Shown here piece by piece: positions 9,298 to 18,373 of a stretch of DNA of 56,236 nucleotides. The stretch is from NCBI GenBank assembly GCA_002506175.1, contig DAXB01000042.1:1-56236 (forward strand), in the 5' to 3' direction. This DNA is from Methanomassiliicoccaceae archaeon UBA113 (GTDB lineage: Archaea > Thermoplasmatota > Thermoplasmata > Methanomassiliicoccales > Methanomethylophilaceae). The notes beneath the pieces are model-generated. The model made no database searches. It was not told the DNA's origin and worked only from the letters and a program-made list of their open reading frames with translations. The stretch's first letter is position 1; the number at the start of each line of letters is the position of its first letter. Both the position numbers and the translations under genes were made by a program.

Positions 9298-10449
9298 ATG
9301 ATGAAGGAAGAACTGGACCAGGTGCGCGATAAGACTGTTGAGAACATCAGCGCGAAGGTCGACAAGGCGGCTATCAAGCTCGAGGACAGGAACACCAAAG
9401 GCCCCAGGATAAAGAACGGGGAGGGGGCGCTCCTCAAGTTCTTCCCGTACTTCGTGTTGGTATGCGTCATCATTTCAATCGTGGCCTCGGTGATCCCGGG
9501 ATTCACGCTGGATGTGTTCCTACAGAAGATCTGCGTCATATTCCTTTTCGGATTCATCATATTGGGCGGTCATTGCTTCTTCATGATGCCCGCGGGAATA
9601 TTCTCCAAGCCTGCTATGTTCGTCATGGCGCTTGTGATATCGGTGATGATGGGCGTCTACGTCTACTTCATGGATACTAATGTCTTCATCGATGCCATAC
9701 TCTCGGTCCTGGAAGGATTCGGCATAGTCATCCCGGGCGCGGTAGGCGAGATCATAGCGTTCACGATCGGGGTGCTGATGATATATCTGGTACCTATAGC
9801 CGTATGCACGGTGTCATCCGCATATCTGAGGAAGTTCATCCCGAGGATGCTCAACCGCATCCGTCTGGATGCTAAGACAGGCATCAGGGGCCCTCTAGAG
9901 GGGTTCTTCATGATCCCCGGAATCATAGACGTCAAGGATGTCACCATCGACCCGCCGGTCAGCACTCATGTATTCGATTCAGACACATCGCTCAAGCTTG
10001 CGTTCTACAATATACTCATGTGCATGTTCATCTCGTCGTACTTCTTCCTCAGTCCGTTCTTCATAGACATGATGACCTGGCAGGAGATGGTCATACTCAT
10101 GATCGTCCTGGCGATGTTCATCCCGGTGTTCACCATCGTCTGGCAGGAGATCCGTCTCTCCGGAGCGAAGGTCGTATCGGATGCTCCCAGACTGTACGAA
10201 CTTTGGGAGGGTGCCAAGGTCAGGCTGTTCACGGGTTTCGCGGCATTGGGAATGTTCATGGCGATGGTCTTCGTGGCAGCATATTTCGGATACAGCGTAT
10301 GGGACATGATCATGACATATCTGTTCTACCTCATGCCAGTGCTCCTGATATCCGTATATTATGGGATGGTGTTCTCCAACAACTTCTCGCCCAGGGATGT
10401 CAATGAGATCAAGGAAACATTCGAGAGAATGAGGGAAGAGGACCTCTGA
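9298..10449 (+). CDS. polytopic membrane protein, unknown function
   Basis: 383 aa, about 8 hydrophobic segments, TTTATA upstream at about 9271. Confidence 0.8.
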   Translation: MMKEELDQVRDKTVENISAKVDKAAIKLEDRNTKGPRIKNGEGALLKFFPYFVLVCVIISIVASVIPGFTLDVFLQKICVIFLFGFIILGGHCFFMMPAGIFSKPAMFVMALVISVMMGVYVYFMDTNVFIDAILSVLEGFGIVIPGAVGEIIAFTIGVLMIYLVPIAVCTVSSAYLRKFIPRMLNRIRLDAKTGIRGPLEGFFMIPGIIDVKDVTIDPPVSTHVFDSDTSLKLAFYNILMCMFISSYFFLSPFFIDMMTWQEMVILMIVLAMFIPVFTIVWQEIRLSGAKVVSDAPRLYELWEGAKVRLFTGFAALGMFMAMVFVAAYFGYSVWDMIMTYLFYLMPVLLISVYYGMVFSNNFSPRDVNEIKETFERMREEDL

Positions 10450-10459
10450 GGCCGGTGCC

Positions 10460-10933
10460 ATGACAGGAGATACATTGGGCGTCCTGTTCGTCTGCTACGG
10501 AAACATCTGCCGCAGTCCGCTCGGGGAGTTCATATTCAAGGATATGCTGGTCAAGAGCGGTCTGGAAGGCAAGGTGAGGGTCGCATCCTGCGGTACGAAC
10601 GTGGGTTGGGAGGGAGAATCTGTCAGCAGCGGCTCCCGTCAGCAGCTTCTGAAGCACGGGATATCCTGCGAGGGGAAGACCAGTAAGCAGCTCAGGACCG
10701 GCGACTACTACAATTACGATTACATAATCGCCATGGATCGTTTCAACTACGAGGACATCCTTGCGATGTCTCTCGTCCCGGATACATGCACCGTGAAGAT
10801 GATGATGGATTATGCGTGCGGAGGGGATGTGGCCGACCCGTACTACACCCACAACTACGAGAAGGCTTACGAGGATATCGAGCTCGGATGCAGAGGACTC
10901 CTGAAGGAGATCGAGGGAAGGCTGAAGGAATGA
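10460..10933 (+). CDS. low molecular weight protein-tyrosine phosphatase
   Basis: P-loop FVCYGNICRS and DPYY motif. Confidence 0.93.
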   Translation: MTGDTLGVLFVCYGNICRSPLGEFIFKDMLVKSGLEGKVRVASCGTNVGWEGESVSSGSRQQLLKHGISCEGKTSKQLRTGDYYNYDYIIAMDRFNYEDILAMSLVPDTCTVKMMMDYACGGDVADPYYTHNYEKAYEDIELGCRGLLKEIEGRLKE

Positions 10934-11481
10934 AGATCCGGATGTTCATCTCCATTCCTGTCACGGATACATCTGCGATAGAACCTCTGGGGAAGGAGCT
11001 GAAGGTCATCTCCAATGTCAGGCCGTCCCCGCTCTCCCAGATGCACATAACCTTGAGATTCATCGGGGACATAGACGATTCCAAGACGAAGAAGGTCGCG
11101 AGATGTGTTGCGGACGCGGCCTCCGGCATACCTCCCTTCGAGATAACGATAGGAGGTGCAGGTTGTTTCCCGAACGTCAAGAGGCCTTCAGTCATATGGG
11201 TCGGAGCAGAACCAGGGGATGTGCTGGCCGATCTTTCGGATAGGATATCTGAGAATTTCAAGTCCGCGAACATAAGGTTCGACGAGAAGCCGTTCAAGAG
11301 CCATATCACCATTGGCAGATGCACAGGCCCTGCAGATGTAGGCGGATTCCTGGACAGGCATAAAGGACAGGCTCTTCAGACGTTCCTATGCGACGGTATC
11401 TGCATCATGAGGTCCGAGCTCGGTCCGTCCGGTGCTAAGCACACAGTGCTCGAGAGGATTCCGCTTCAGCCCGTAGACTGA
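10930..11481 (+). CDS. thpR: RNA 2',3'-cyclic phosphodiesterase (2H family)
   Basis: Two HxT motifs (HITLRF, HITIGR). ATGA overlap with the upstream gene. Confidence 0.9.
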   Translation: MKIRMFISIPVTDTSAIEPLGKELKVISNVRPSPLSQMHITLRFIGDIDDSKTKKVARCVADAASGIPPFEITIGGAGCFPNVKRPSVIWVGAEPGDVLADLSDRISENFKSANIRFDEKPFKSHITIGRCTGPADVGGFLDRHKGQALQTFLCDGICIMRSELGPSGAKHTVLERIPLQPVD

Positions 11482-11532
11482 CTGCAGTATGCATCGTTTT
11501 AATCCTATCTCGGCGAGACATGTCCGAGGAAT

Positions 11533-11973
11533 ATGAAACTCAGAAGACTGAAAGGCAACAGGAACGGAGGGATAGAGGGCCTTCCATTGCAGCTCATGAT
11601 CGTGATAATGGTGGCCACCATGGGCACAGCCATAATCATGGGCTGGATGGGGAACATAGATTCCCCGCATTTCATCAAGACGCTGGGCATCGAGGAGAAT
11701 GTAGTGGTCGTCGATGGAGGGGTCATAGGAGACATAAGCATATGTGTGCTGGACGAATCCAACGAACCTCTCGAAGGCGTCTCCGTTATGATAATGAACA
11801 AACAGGTGAGACATCCGTCCTTGGACTTCGTCACGACAGATGCCAACGGGAGGGCGGTTCTGACCGGATGGCAGTTGGAAAGCTATCCGAAGGGCACGAT
11901 AAAGCTGACCGTCACCGGATTCATGTCCGGATACACCGAATGCACGGAGTATGTGGAGGGGATAATCAGATGA
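11533..11973 (+). CDS. archaeal type IV pilin-like protein
   Basis: Basic N-terminus, G|IEGLPLQLMIVIMVATMG class III-like signal peptide, then a beta-rich domain. Confidence 0.6.
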   Translation: MKLRRLKGNRNGGIEGLPLQLMIVIMVATMGTAIIMGWMGNIDSPHFIKTLGIEENVVVVDGGVIGDISICVLDESNEPLEGVSVMIMNKQVRHPSLDFVTTDANGRAVLTGWQLESYPKGTIKLTVTGFMSGYTECTEYVEGIIR

Positions 11974-12386
11974 TCGTATCCAGGAAGGGGATCATCAGCC
12001 TCCCCGTCAGGCTGACGGTCTCTCTTCTGATTATCGCGTTGATGGTACCGCCCATATCGGCATTGACGGACAGCATCCAGGACGGCATCGGGGAGCAGGA
12101 GGCGTTTCGTGCCGCTGAGGAGCTCAGGGAGAATATATCGTTCGTGAACTCCAGAGGACCATCCTATGTCATGCACAAAGAGATGTATATTCCTGACAGC
12201 TGTCATCTTGTCTTGGGCGGGGAGCAGAAAAACTCCATCAGGGTCTATGCGGACGATGAATTCGTCGGTATTGTTCTGATGGATGCCGCGGTTTGCGGGG
12301 ATGAGCTGATACTGTACGGCGATGTAATCATCGAATTATCCAACACCGCAGGTGAGGAACAGATGGTGGCTGTGAGGGAGCTGTGA
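11970..12386 (+). CDS. pilin-like protein
   Basis: Likely start MIVSRKG|IISLPVRLTVSLLIIAL (class III-like signal). ATGA coupling to the upstream gene. Confidence 0.6.
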   Translation: MIVSRKGIISLPVRLTVSLLIIALMVPPISALTDSIQDGIGEQEAFRAAEELRENISFVNSRGPSYVMHKEMYIPDSCHLVLGGEQKNSIRVYADDEFVGIVLMDAAVCGDELILYGDVIIELSNTAGEEQMVAVREL

Positions 12387-12754
12387 TGGAATTCGTCGTA
12401 TCCAGAGCAGTCTTGTGCATCGGGGGCGTCATAATGCTTGTCGCCGTGGCCGGAGCGGTCTCGGGCATGTACGATATGGGTGTGGATGACAACGACAGAG
12501 AATTGACGGAAAGGTTCGCCGGAGTGCTGGACTCGTTCGAATCGTCACAGATGGATGTGCTGATCCTGGAAGGTCCCGGATTGCTCCCTGGCGATTGTTA
12601 CGTGTCGGTGCATGACGGATTGGTGGAGCTGTTTCATGGGGAAGCAACACACATCGCAGAAACAAAGTATTCTGGGGAGTTCACAATGGACTGTACCGAG
12701 ACGGTGGAGATCACTCACCGAAGGTCTCCGCGATCTTCCTTACAGTATCCGTGA
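12383..12754 (+). CDS. pilin-like or membrane-anchored hypothetical protein
   Basis: N-terminal hydrophobic helix (MEFVVSRAVLCIGGVIMLVAV). Coupled to the previous gene. Confidence 0.55.
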   Translation: MMEFVVSRAVLCIGGVIMLVAVAGAVSGMYDMGVDDNDRELTERFAGVLDSFESSQMDVLILEGPGLLPGDCYVSVHDGLVELFHGEATHIAETKYSGEFTMDCTETVEITHRRSPRSSLQYP

Positions 12755-13916
12755 AGATGTCGATCTCCTCAGGACTGTTGTAGATGTACGTGGACGCTCT
12801 GGCGCTGCCGTCTATCGCTCTCGATACGTAGAACGGATGCGCGCAGTGCATTCCGGAACGGATCATTATCCCCGCCATGCTGTCGAGCATCATGGCGATG
12901 TCATGCGACACCAGTCCGTCGATATTGAATGAGAACACTCCGCTCCTCTTCTCTGCGACATCGGGGCCTACGATGTGAAGACCTTTCACGTCCTCAAGGT
13001 TCCCGAGGATTCTTCTCATCAGTTCGTTGTCCCATTCTTTCACGTTGTCCATACCAATCTTTGACAGATAGTCGAGAGCGGCTTTCGTTCCGATGATCCC
13101 GGAATAGTTAAGCAGCCCAGCCTCGAACCTATCCGGTATGGGGGCCAGAGTGACGCTGTCGTATGTGGCGAGACCGACAGTCCCACCTCCGAGTGTCAGC
13201 GGTCTTAGGTTCTCGAGAACCTCTTTCTTGCCGTACATGACACCCATTCCGGAGGGGCCGAGCATCTTATGCGACGAGAAGCAATAGATGTCGGCATCGA
13301 TGTCCTTGAGGTTAACCGGCCTGTGCGCCGCGGCCTGTGCACCGTCGATTATGACGGTCGCACCATAATCGTGGGCAATCTCTGTCACCGCTTTAACGGG
13401 CACGGAGCACCCTGTGACGTTGTTCGTATGCTGGACGGAAACGACCTTCACCCTTCTATCCATGCAGGATTTGAAGGATTCGATATCGAACTCCCCTTCC
13501 TTGTTGGATCTGGAGAATCTGCGTTCGATCCCAATGCAGTCCTTGAGGTGCATCCACGGTACATGGTTGGAGTTGTGCTCCGAATCGGTCGTGACAACCA
13601 CATCGCCCTTTTTCAGGCCGAACCCGTAGGCCGCGGTGTTCAGACCTTCCGTGGTGTTCTTCGTGAATATGTAGCATTCGGGATCGTCTGTCCCGAAGAA
13701 CGATGCCATAGTCTCCCTTGCATCATCGACGGCGACGGACACCTTGGTGGCCATGGAATGGACGCTGCGTCCTCCGCATGCCGGGAAGTTTTCGTAATAA
13801 TCGTTCATGGCTTGGATGACCTGGTCCGGCCTGAGCGATTGGCAGGCACTGTCCAGGTAGATGCCGAGATTCTTCCTGATCGTAGGGAAGTCACTGCGGA
13901 CCGATTCCATATCCAT
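12711..13916 (-). CDS. cysteine desulfurase, SufS/Csd type (class V PLP enzyme)
   Basis: YLDSA, EHNSN, DGAQ, FSSHKMLGPSG, RFEAG, IRSGMHCA. Start trimmed to MDMESV. Confidence 0.92.
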   Translation of the reverse strand: MDMESVRSDFPTIRKNLGIYLDSACQSLRPDQVIQAMNDYYENFPACGGRSVHSMATKVSVAVDDARETMASFFGTDDPECYIFTKNTTEGLNTAAYGFGLKKGDVVVTTDSEHNSNHVPWMHLKDCIGIERRFSRSNKEGEFDIESFKSCMDRRVKVVSVQHTNNVTGCSVPVKAVTEIAHDYGATVIIDGAQAAAHRPVNLKDIDADIYCFSSHKMLGPSGMGVMYGKKEVLENLRPLTLGGGTVGLATYDSVTLAPIPDRFEAGLLNYSGIIGTKAALDYLSKIGMDNVKEWDNELMRRILGNLEDVKGLHIVGPDVAEKRSGVFSFNIDGLVSHDIAMMLDSMAGIMIRSGMHCAHPFYVSRAIDGSARASTYIYNSPEEIDIFTDTVRKIAETFGE

Positions 13917-13998
13917 GCTTTTCGCTATCCGCAGGCCCGATAATAAGCATTCGGTTCTGTACGAATGTCTTATTATGATGCGGGCGTATAGTCGCACC

Positions 13999-14904
13999 AT
14001 GGCATCCCTGAAGACCGAGATAGGAAGCATCGTTCTGGATAAGCCGGGAATGATTGCTTCGGGAATAATGGACGAGACCGGAAAGTCGCTAGTTCGCGTA
14101 CTTGAGTCCGGAGCTGGAGCTGCAGTGACCAAATCCATCGGATTGGAACCGAAACCCGGACATGACAGCCCCTGTTTCATGGAGGTATCCGGAGGATACG
14201 TCAACGCCATGGGCCTTCCGAATCCAGGAATCGATCTGTTCAGGGAGGAGATGGAGATCGCGGTTCCCAAAGGGAAGATAATCGGTTCGATATACGGTGC
14301 AGGTCCCGGGGATTTCTCCGAACTCGCAGCGAAGATGGAGGATTACGGAGCATGCGCAGTGGAGCTCAACCTCTCCTGTCCTCACGCCAAGGGATACGGT
14401 ATGGAGGTAGGAACCGACCCGGAGATGGTCAAGAGCATCGTTTCCGCCGTGAAGTCGTCGGTCTCGATCCCGGTATGGGCAAAGCTCACACCGAATACGC
14501 ACATCCTCACGAGGATAGGGCAGGCTGTCCAGGATGCCGGAGGAGATGCCATCGTAGCCATCAATACGCTCAAGGCGATGGTGATCTCGCCGGAGTTCGC
14601 CAGGCCGATAATGAGCAACAAGTTCTGCGGTCTATCGGGAGAGGCCGTGAAGCCGGTCGGAGTCAGGGCGATCTACGATCTCAGGTCAGCCGTGGACATC
14701 CCGCTCATCGGTGTAGGGGGCATCTCCACATGGAGGGATGCGGCCGAGTACATCATGGCCGGCGCATGCGCGTTCCAGGTCGGAAGCGCGGTCGGGACCA
14801 AGGGCATGGGAGTGTTCTCCCAGATAAACGACGGATTGTCCGCGTTCATGGATGAGTACGGATACGCGAACATCAAGGATATGGTAGGTGCGGCACATGA
14901 GTGA
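13999..14904 (+). CDS. pyrD: dihydroorotate dehydrogenase B, catalytic subunit
   Basis: NAMGLPNPG, ELNLSCPH, KLTPN, INT, GLSG, GVGGI. Confidence 0.95.
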   Translation: MASLKTEIGSIVLDKPGMIASGIMDETGKSLVRVLESGAGAAVTKSIGLEPKPGHDSPCFMEVSGGYVNAMGLPNPGIDLFREEMEIAVPKGKIIGSIYGAGPGDFSELAAKMEDYGACAVELNLSCPHAKGYGMEVGTDPEMVKSIVSAVKSSVSIPVWAKLTPNTHILTRIGQAVQDAGGDAIVAINTLKAMVISPEFARPIMSNKFCGLSGEAVKPVGVRAIYDLRSAVDIPLIGVGGISTWRDAAEYIMAGACAFQVGSAVGTKGMGVFSQINDGLSAFMDEYGYANIKDMVGAAHE

Positions 14905-15661
14905 AGTCGTCACGATAAAATCAATCACAGACGAAGCTTACGACACTAAGACGTTCCGTTTCGATTGGGATGCCGAAGTCAAGCCCGGACAGTTCATCAT
15001 GATCTGGATCCCGGGAGTGGATGAAATCCCGATGTCGGTGTCTGGTATCTCAGATACGGAGAAGAGTGTCACCGTGAAGGCTATCGGAGATGCTACGAAA
15101 AAGATCCATGAGCTGAAGGTCGGAGATAAGCTGTCCATCAGGGGACCGTTCGGTAACGGGTTCGACCTCTCATCGAGGAACATCCTCATAATCGGGGGCG
15201 GAGTAGGTACCGCAGCAATCATGCCTGCTGTCGTACAGACCGGTGCGGACACGATCATCGCGGCACGTTCGGATAGGGACGTCATCATGGATTCCATCGC
15301 CGGGTCCAAAGCATCTAATGTATGGATAGCAACGGATGACGGGAGCAGGGGATTCCATGGAAACGCCGTCCAGCTGATGAAGGAGAAGCTCGCCCTGAAG
15401 AAGTACGACTGCATCATCGCATGTGGTCCCGAGGTCATGCTCTATTTCACATTCAAGGCCTGCCAGGAGCTCGGACAGAAATGCCAGCTTTCCTTGGAGA
15501 GATATATGAAGTGCGGAGCGGGAGTCTGCGGATGCTGCGTCATGGATGACCAGCGCGTATGCAGGGACGGCCCCGTCTTCACGAACGATCAGATTGAGAA
15601 GCTGACCGAGTTCGGAGTCTCCAAGAGGGACGAGTGCGGTCGCATCGTTAAGTTCAGGTGA
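14897..15661 (+). CDS. pyrK: dihydroorotate dehydrogenase electron transfer subunit
   Basis: PGQF, RGPFGNGF, GGGVG, CGP, and the [2Fe-2S] motif CGAGVCGCC..C.DGPVF. Confidence 0.95.
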   Translation: MSEVVTIKSITDEAYDTKTFRFDWDAEVKPGQFIMIWIPGVDEIPMSVSGISDTEKSVTVKAIGDATKKIHELKVGDKLSIRGPFGNGFDLSSRNILIIGGGVGTAAIMPAVVQTGADTIIAARSDRDVIMDSIAGSKASNVWIATDDGSRGFHGNAVQLMKEKLALKKYDCIIACGPEVMLYFTFKACQELGQKCQLSLERYMKCGAGVCGCCVMDDQRVCRDGPVFTNDQIEKLTEFGVSKRDECGRIVKFR

Positions 15662-15664
15662 GTC

Positions 15665-16081
15665 ATGCCCCAGGCGGACCACATCACAGTAGTACATGGC
15701 AGCATGTGTCTGGATGTACCCCGTAGTATCTTCAAGGGCAGTGACTGCTGCATAGACTTGGAGGCGGCTGAACCTTTTAAGAGGATAGTCACAAGCAGGT
15801 ACCCGTGGATATCGGATAGTGCGTTCCAGGTGATCCTTAACAAGGCCCAGAAGGAGATGCTTCGCGTCAGGGACGAGGAGACCAACGGCCGCGAGTACAG
15901 CAGGACTCTGGCCAAGAAGGGGAAGACCGATGATGCCATCTTCCATCTGAAGTTGCGTCTGGAATTGAATCCAGATGATGCAAAAGGCTGGTATGAGCTG
16001 GGGGAGTTACTCTTCAAGAAGGGAGACGCTAAGGGCGGGTTCGATGCATTCCGCAAAGGCGACGAACTCATGAAAAAGTAA
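15665..16081 (+). CDS. TPR-containing protein
   Basis: C-terminal LELNPDDAKGWYELGELL TPR-like repeat. Confidence 0.75.
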   Translation: MPQADHITVVHGSMCLDVPRSIFKGSDCCIDLEAAEPFKRIVTSRYPWISDSAFQVILNKAQKEMLRVRDEETNGREYSRTLAKKGKTDDAIFHLKLRLELNPDDAKGWYELGELLFKKGDAKGGFDAFRKGDELMKK

Positions 16082-16135
16082 GATGCCAAAAACCCCGTTA
16101 GCATTATATATCGATAACCAATCATCCGACCCAGC

Positions 16136-16209
16136 GTCGGGGTAACACAGTGGCTATGTGGCGGACTGCAGATCCGCATACGGGGGTTCAATTCCCTCTC
16201 CCGACCCCA
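16136..16209 (+). tRNA. tRNA-Cys (GCA)
   Basis: Acceptor stem GTCGGGG/TCCCGAC, anticodon arm GCGGA-CTGCAGA-TCCGC, T arm GGGGG-TTCAATT-CCCTC, encoded CCA. Confidence 0.93.
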
Positions 16210-16281
16210 TTGTCTTCTATCATCAATTCTCACCGAGCAGATGTTATGCTCGTTGTACGGTCGATTATGAAATACTATTGT

Positions 16282-16315
16282 TGAATACTGATGCGTCAAG
16301 ACGCATCAGTATTCA
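16282..16315. repeat. 34-bp perfect palindrome, copy 1
   Basis: TGAATACTGATGCGTC-AA-GACGCATCAGTATTCA. It contains the stop codon of the AAA gene. Confidence 0.9.
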
Positions 16316-17583
16316 GTAATACTTTTATCCAGTAGAAAATCGATGATATTCACATGAAGGAAACCGTTGTCATCGAAATGGCGCATTCCGGTGTCTCCTC
16401 TCACTATTATCTTCTTGAATGAATCATTCACACGTTTGAACGGATCCAATTCTTTCTCTCTCTTTTCATCATCATACATTGCGAAAGCCGATTGAACGTA
16501 GATCTTGACATCTCCTTTGTTCGCGATGAAATCAATCTCCTTTGCCACTCTGATGGATTTTCCATTGCTGTCATGGGTATTTACCGTCACAACACCCACA
16601 TCCACATCAAATCCACGGATGACGAGTTCGTTGAAGACTGCATTCTCCATAAGGTGCGTCTCCTCATACTGTCTGAAATTCATGTGCGCATTTCTGAGAC
16701 CGAGGTCTTCACAGTAATATTTCATTGGATATGAGAAATATTGTCTGCCCTTCACATCATATCTCTTCGATTCAGTGAAAAGGAATGCATCGACGATGTA
16801 TGAGAGATATAGCCTAGCTGTATTCTCACTGATCATTCCAGAAACTGTGTTTGCAATGTTGCGGGGGTTAGTGAGAGAGCCGATGCTGGAACATAATGCG
16901 TCGATGATATTGTCCAAGGCATCCAGTCTGTCGATTCTGTATCTTTCTCTGATGTCCTTCAGATAGGTCTCGTCAAACAGGGTTTTCAGATATTTCGCTC
17001 TGGCTGCATCGCCGTCTATGGAGAGGATGCGAGGCATCCCGCCATATTTCAGGAAGTGGCCATAGGCCTCGTTCTTATCGCCGCCGACAGCCGAATAGTA
17101 TTCGCTGAATGACAGCGGATGGATGCGGATTTCATCGCCACGTCCGCGGAACTGTGTGAGAATATCGGTGCTGAGCATCTTTGAATTGCTTCCGGTAACG
17201 TATATGTCTACGTTATCCATGTTCAATAGGCTGTTCAGTGTTTCATAGAATGTGATTCTGTCGCCATTTTCCAGATATGGATTTGATATGGATGGGACTA
17301 GTTGAATCTCATCGATAAAGACATATTTCTTCCCCTCTACACATCTGTCTTTGATGTATTCATATAGCTTGATGGGGTCCCTAAGGCCGATATAATCGAT
17401 TTTGTCAAGTTTCACTTCGATGATGTCGTTCTTTTCTACACCGTTTTCTATCAGGTAATTCTTGAATAAATCGAACAGGAGGTAAGATTTTCCGCTGCGT
17501 CTGATGCCGGTTATGATCTTCACCATTCCATTCCACATGCGTGAGCGCAGCTCGTCAAGGTAAAGATCACGTTTTATCTCCAT
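16306..17583 (-). CDS. AAA_14 + DUF4143 ATP-binding protein
   Basis: GIRRSGKS, FIDEIQ, VTGSNS, FRGRG, YGGMP, KYYCEDLGLRN, EIDF. Start trimmed to MEIKRDLY. Confidence 0.92.
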   Translation of the reverse strand: MEIKRDLYLDELRSRMWNGMVKIITGIRRSGKSYLLFDLFKNYLIENGVEKNDIIEVKLDKIDYIGLRDPIKLYEYIKDRCVEGKKYVFIDEIQLVPSISNPYLENGDRITFYETLNSLLNMDNVDIYVTGSNSKMLSTDILTQFRGRGDEIRIHPLSFSEYYSAVGGDKNEAYGHFLKYGGMPRILSIDGDAARAKYLKTLFDETYLKDIRERYRIDRLDALDNIIDALCSSIGSLTNPRNIANTVSGMISENTARLYLSYIVDAFLFTESKRYDVKGRQYFSYPMKYYCEDLGLRNAHMNFRQYEETHLMENAVFNELVIRGFDVDVGVVTVNTHDSNGKSIRVAKEIDFIANKGDVKIYVQSAFAMYDDEKREKELDPFKRVNDSFKKIIVRGDTGMRHFDDNGFLHVNIIDFLLDKSITEY

Positions 17584-17592
17584 GTACATCAC

Positions 17593-17626
17593 TGAATAGT
17601 TTTGCGTCAAGACGCATTAGTATTCA
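17593..17626. repeat. 34-bp palindrome, copy 2 (30/34 identical to copy 1)
   Basis: TGAATAGTTTTGCGTCAAGACGCATTAGTATTCA, immediately upstream of the AAA start codon. Confidence 0.9.
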
Positions 17627-17713
17627 ATAAATGGCTGTGTAGGATTAAAAACTATCTGTCTATCTTCAGATATGGTGGGAAATAGAAGAGAATGCGAAAT
17701 CTGAAAGTTCTCT

Positions 17714-18373
17714 TTACATCTTTTTGAATCCGCGGAGCATCCATTCGCCGATGGATTTGAATCCGTAATGAATTGTTCCATCCATATGGCGGCTGTGGCT
17801 TTTTGCTTCCGAGACTTTACCGGACATTATGTAGTCCACAGCTTCCTGCCAGTTGGTTATGGTATCGGGGATCTCGATGTAACCTGCTCCGATATTCCCT
17901 GGAAGGTGGGAGTCAGATCCGGCTGTGATCGGTTTACCGATCTTCTTCGCGAGCCTTTCGGATTTCCTGTTGGCCGAAGGTATGGAACGGGCGTTCCTCG
18001 CTTCTATGCCGTCGAAATCGTATGCCAGCGTGTTCTTGACCCCGAGGCCCGACCACCATCTGTATGGATGGGCAGCGATTGCATAACCTCCGGCATCATG
18101 GATGGCATCTATGGTCTCTTGGATGGAAAGTCCCCTGGGAATCGGTCTGTCTATTCCCAGGGCTATTATGTGCCCGTTCTTGGAGGAGACCTCCTCAGCG
18201 GGTATTACTATGACCTGGCCGTTGTCTTTGACCTGGTCGAAAGCCTGGAATTCGTTGTGGTCCGTGACAGCTACACACCCTATACCATTGGCTATCGATG
18301 CCTCGATGAGCTCCTCCATGGTGGTCTTTCCATCCAAGGAGTACATGGTATGGACGTGTAGGTCTGCTTTCAT
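17714..18373 (-). CDS. PHP-family metal-dependent phosphoesterase
   Basis: DLHVHT, TDHN, EEVS, AHPY, GSDSH. Confidence 0.92.
   Translation of the reverse strand: MKADLHVHTMYSLDGKTTMEELIEASIANGIGCVAVTDHNEFQAFDQVKDNGQVIVIPAEEVSSKNGHIIALGIDRPIPRGLSIQETIDAIHDAGGYAIAAHPYRWWSGLGVKNTLAYDFDGIEARNARSIPSANRKSERLAKKIGKPITAGSDSHLPGNIGAGYIEIPDTITNWQEAVDYIMSGKVSEAKSHSRHMDGTIHYGFKSIGEWMLRGFKKM

Noticed and set aside
11520-11969. N-terminal 150 aa of ORF 11520..12386
   Set aside because: Out-of-frame overlap with the pilin-like gene at 11533. The likely start is the coupled ATG at 11970.
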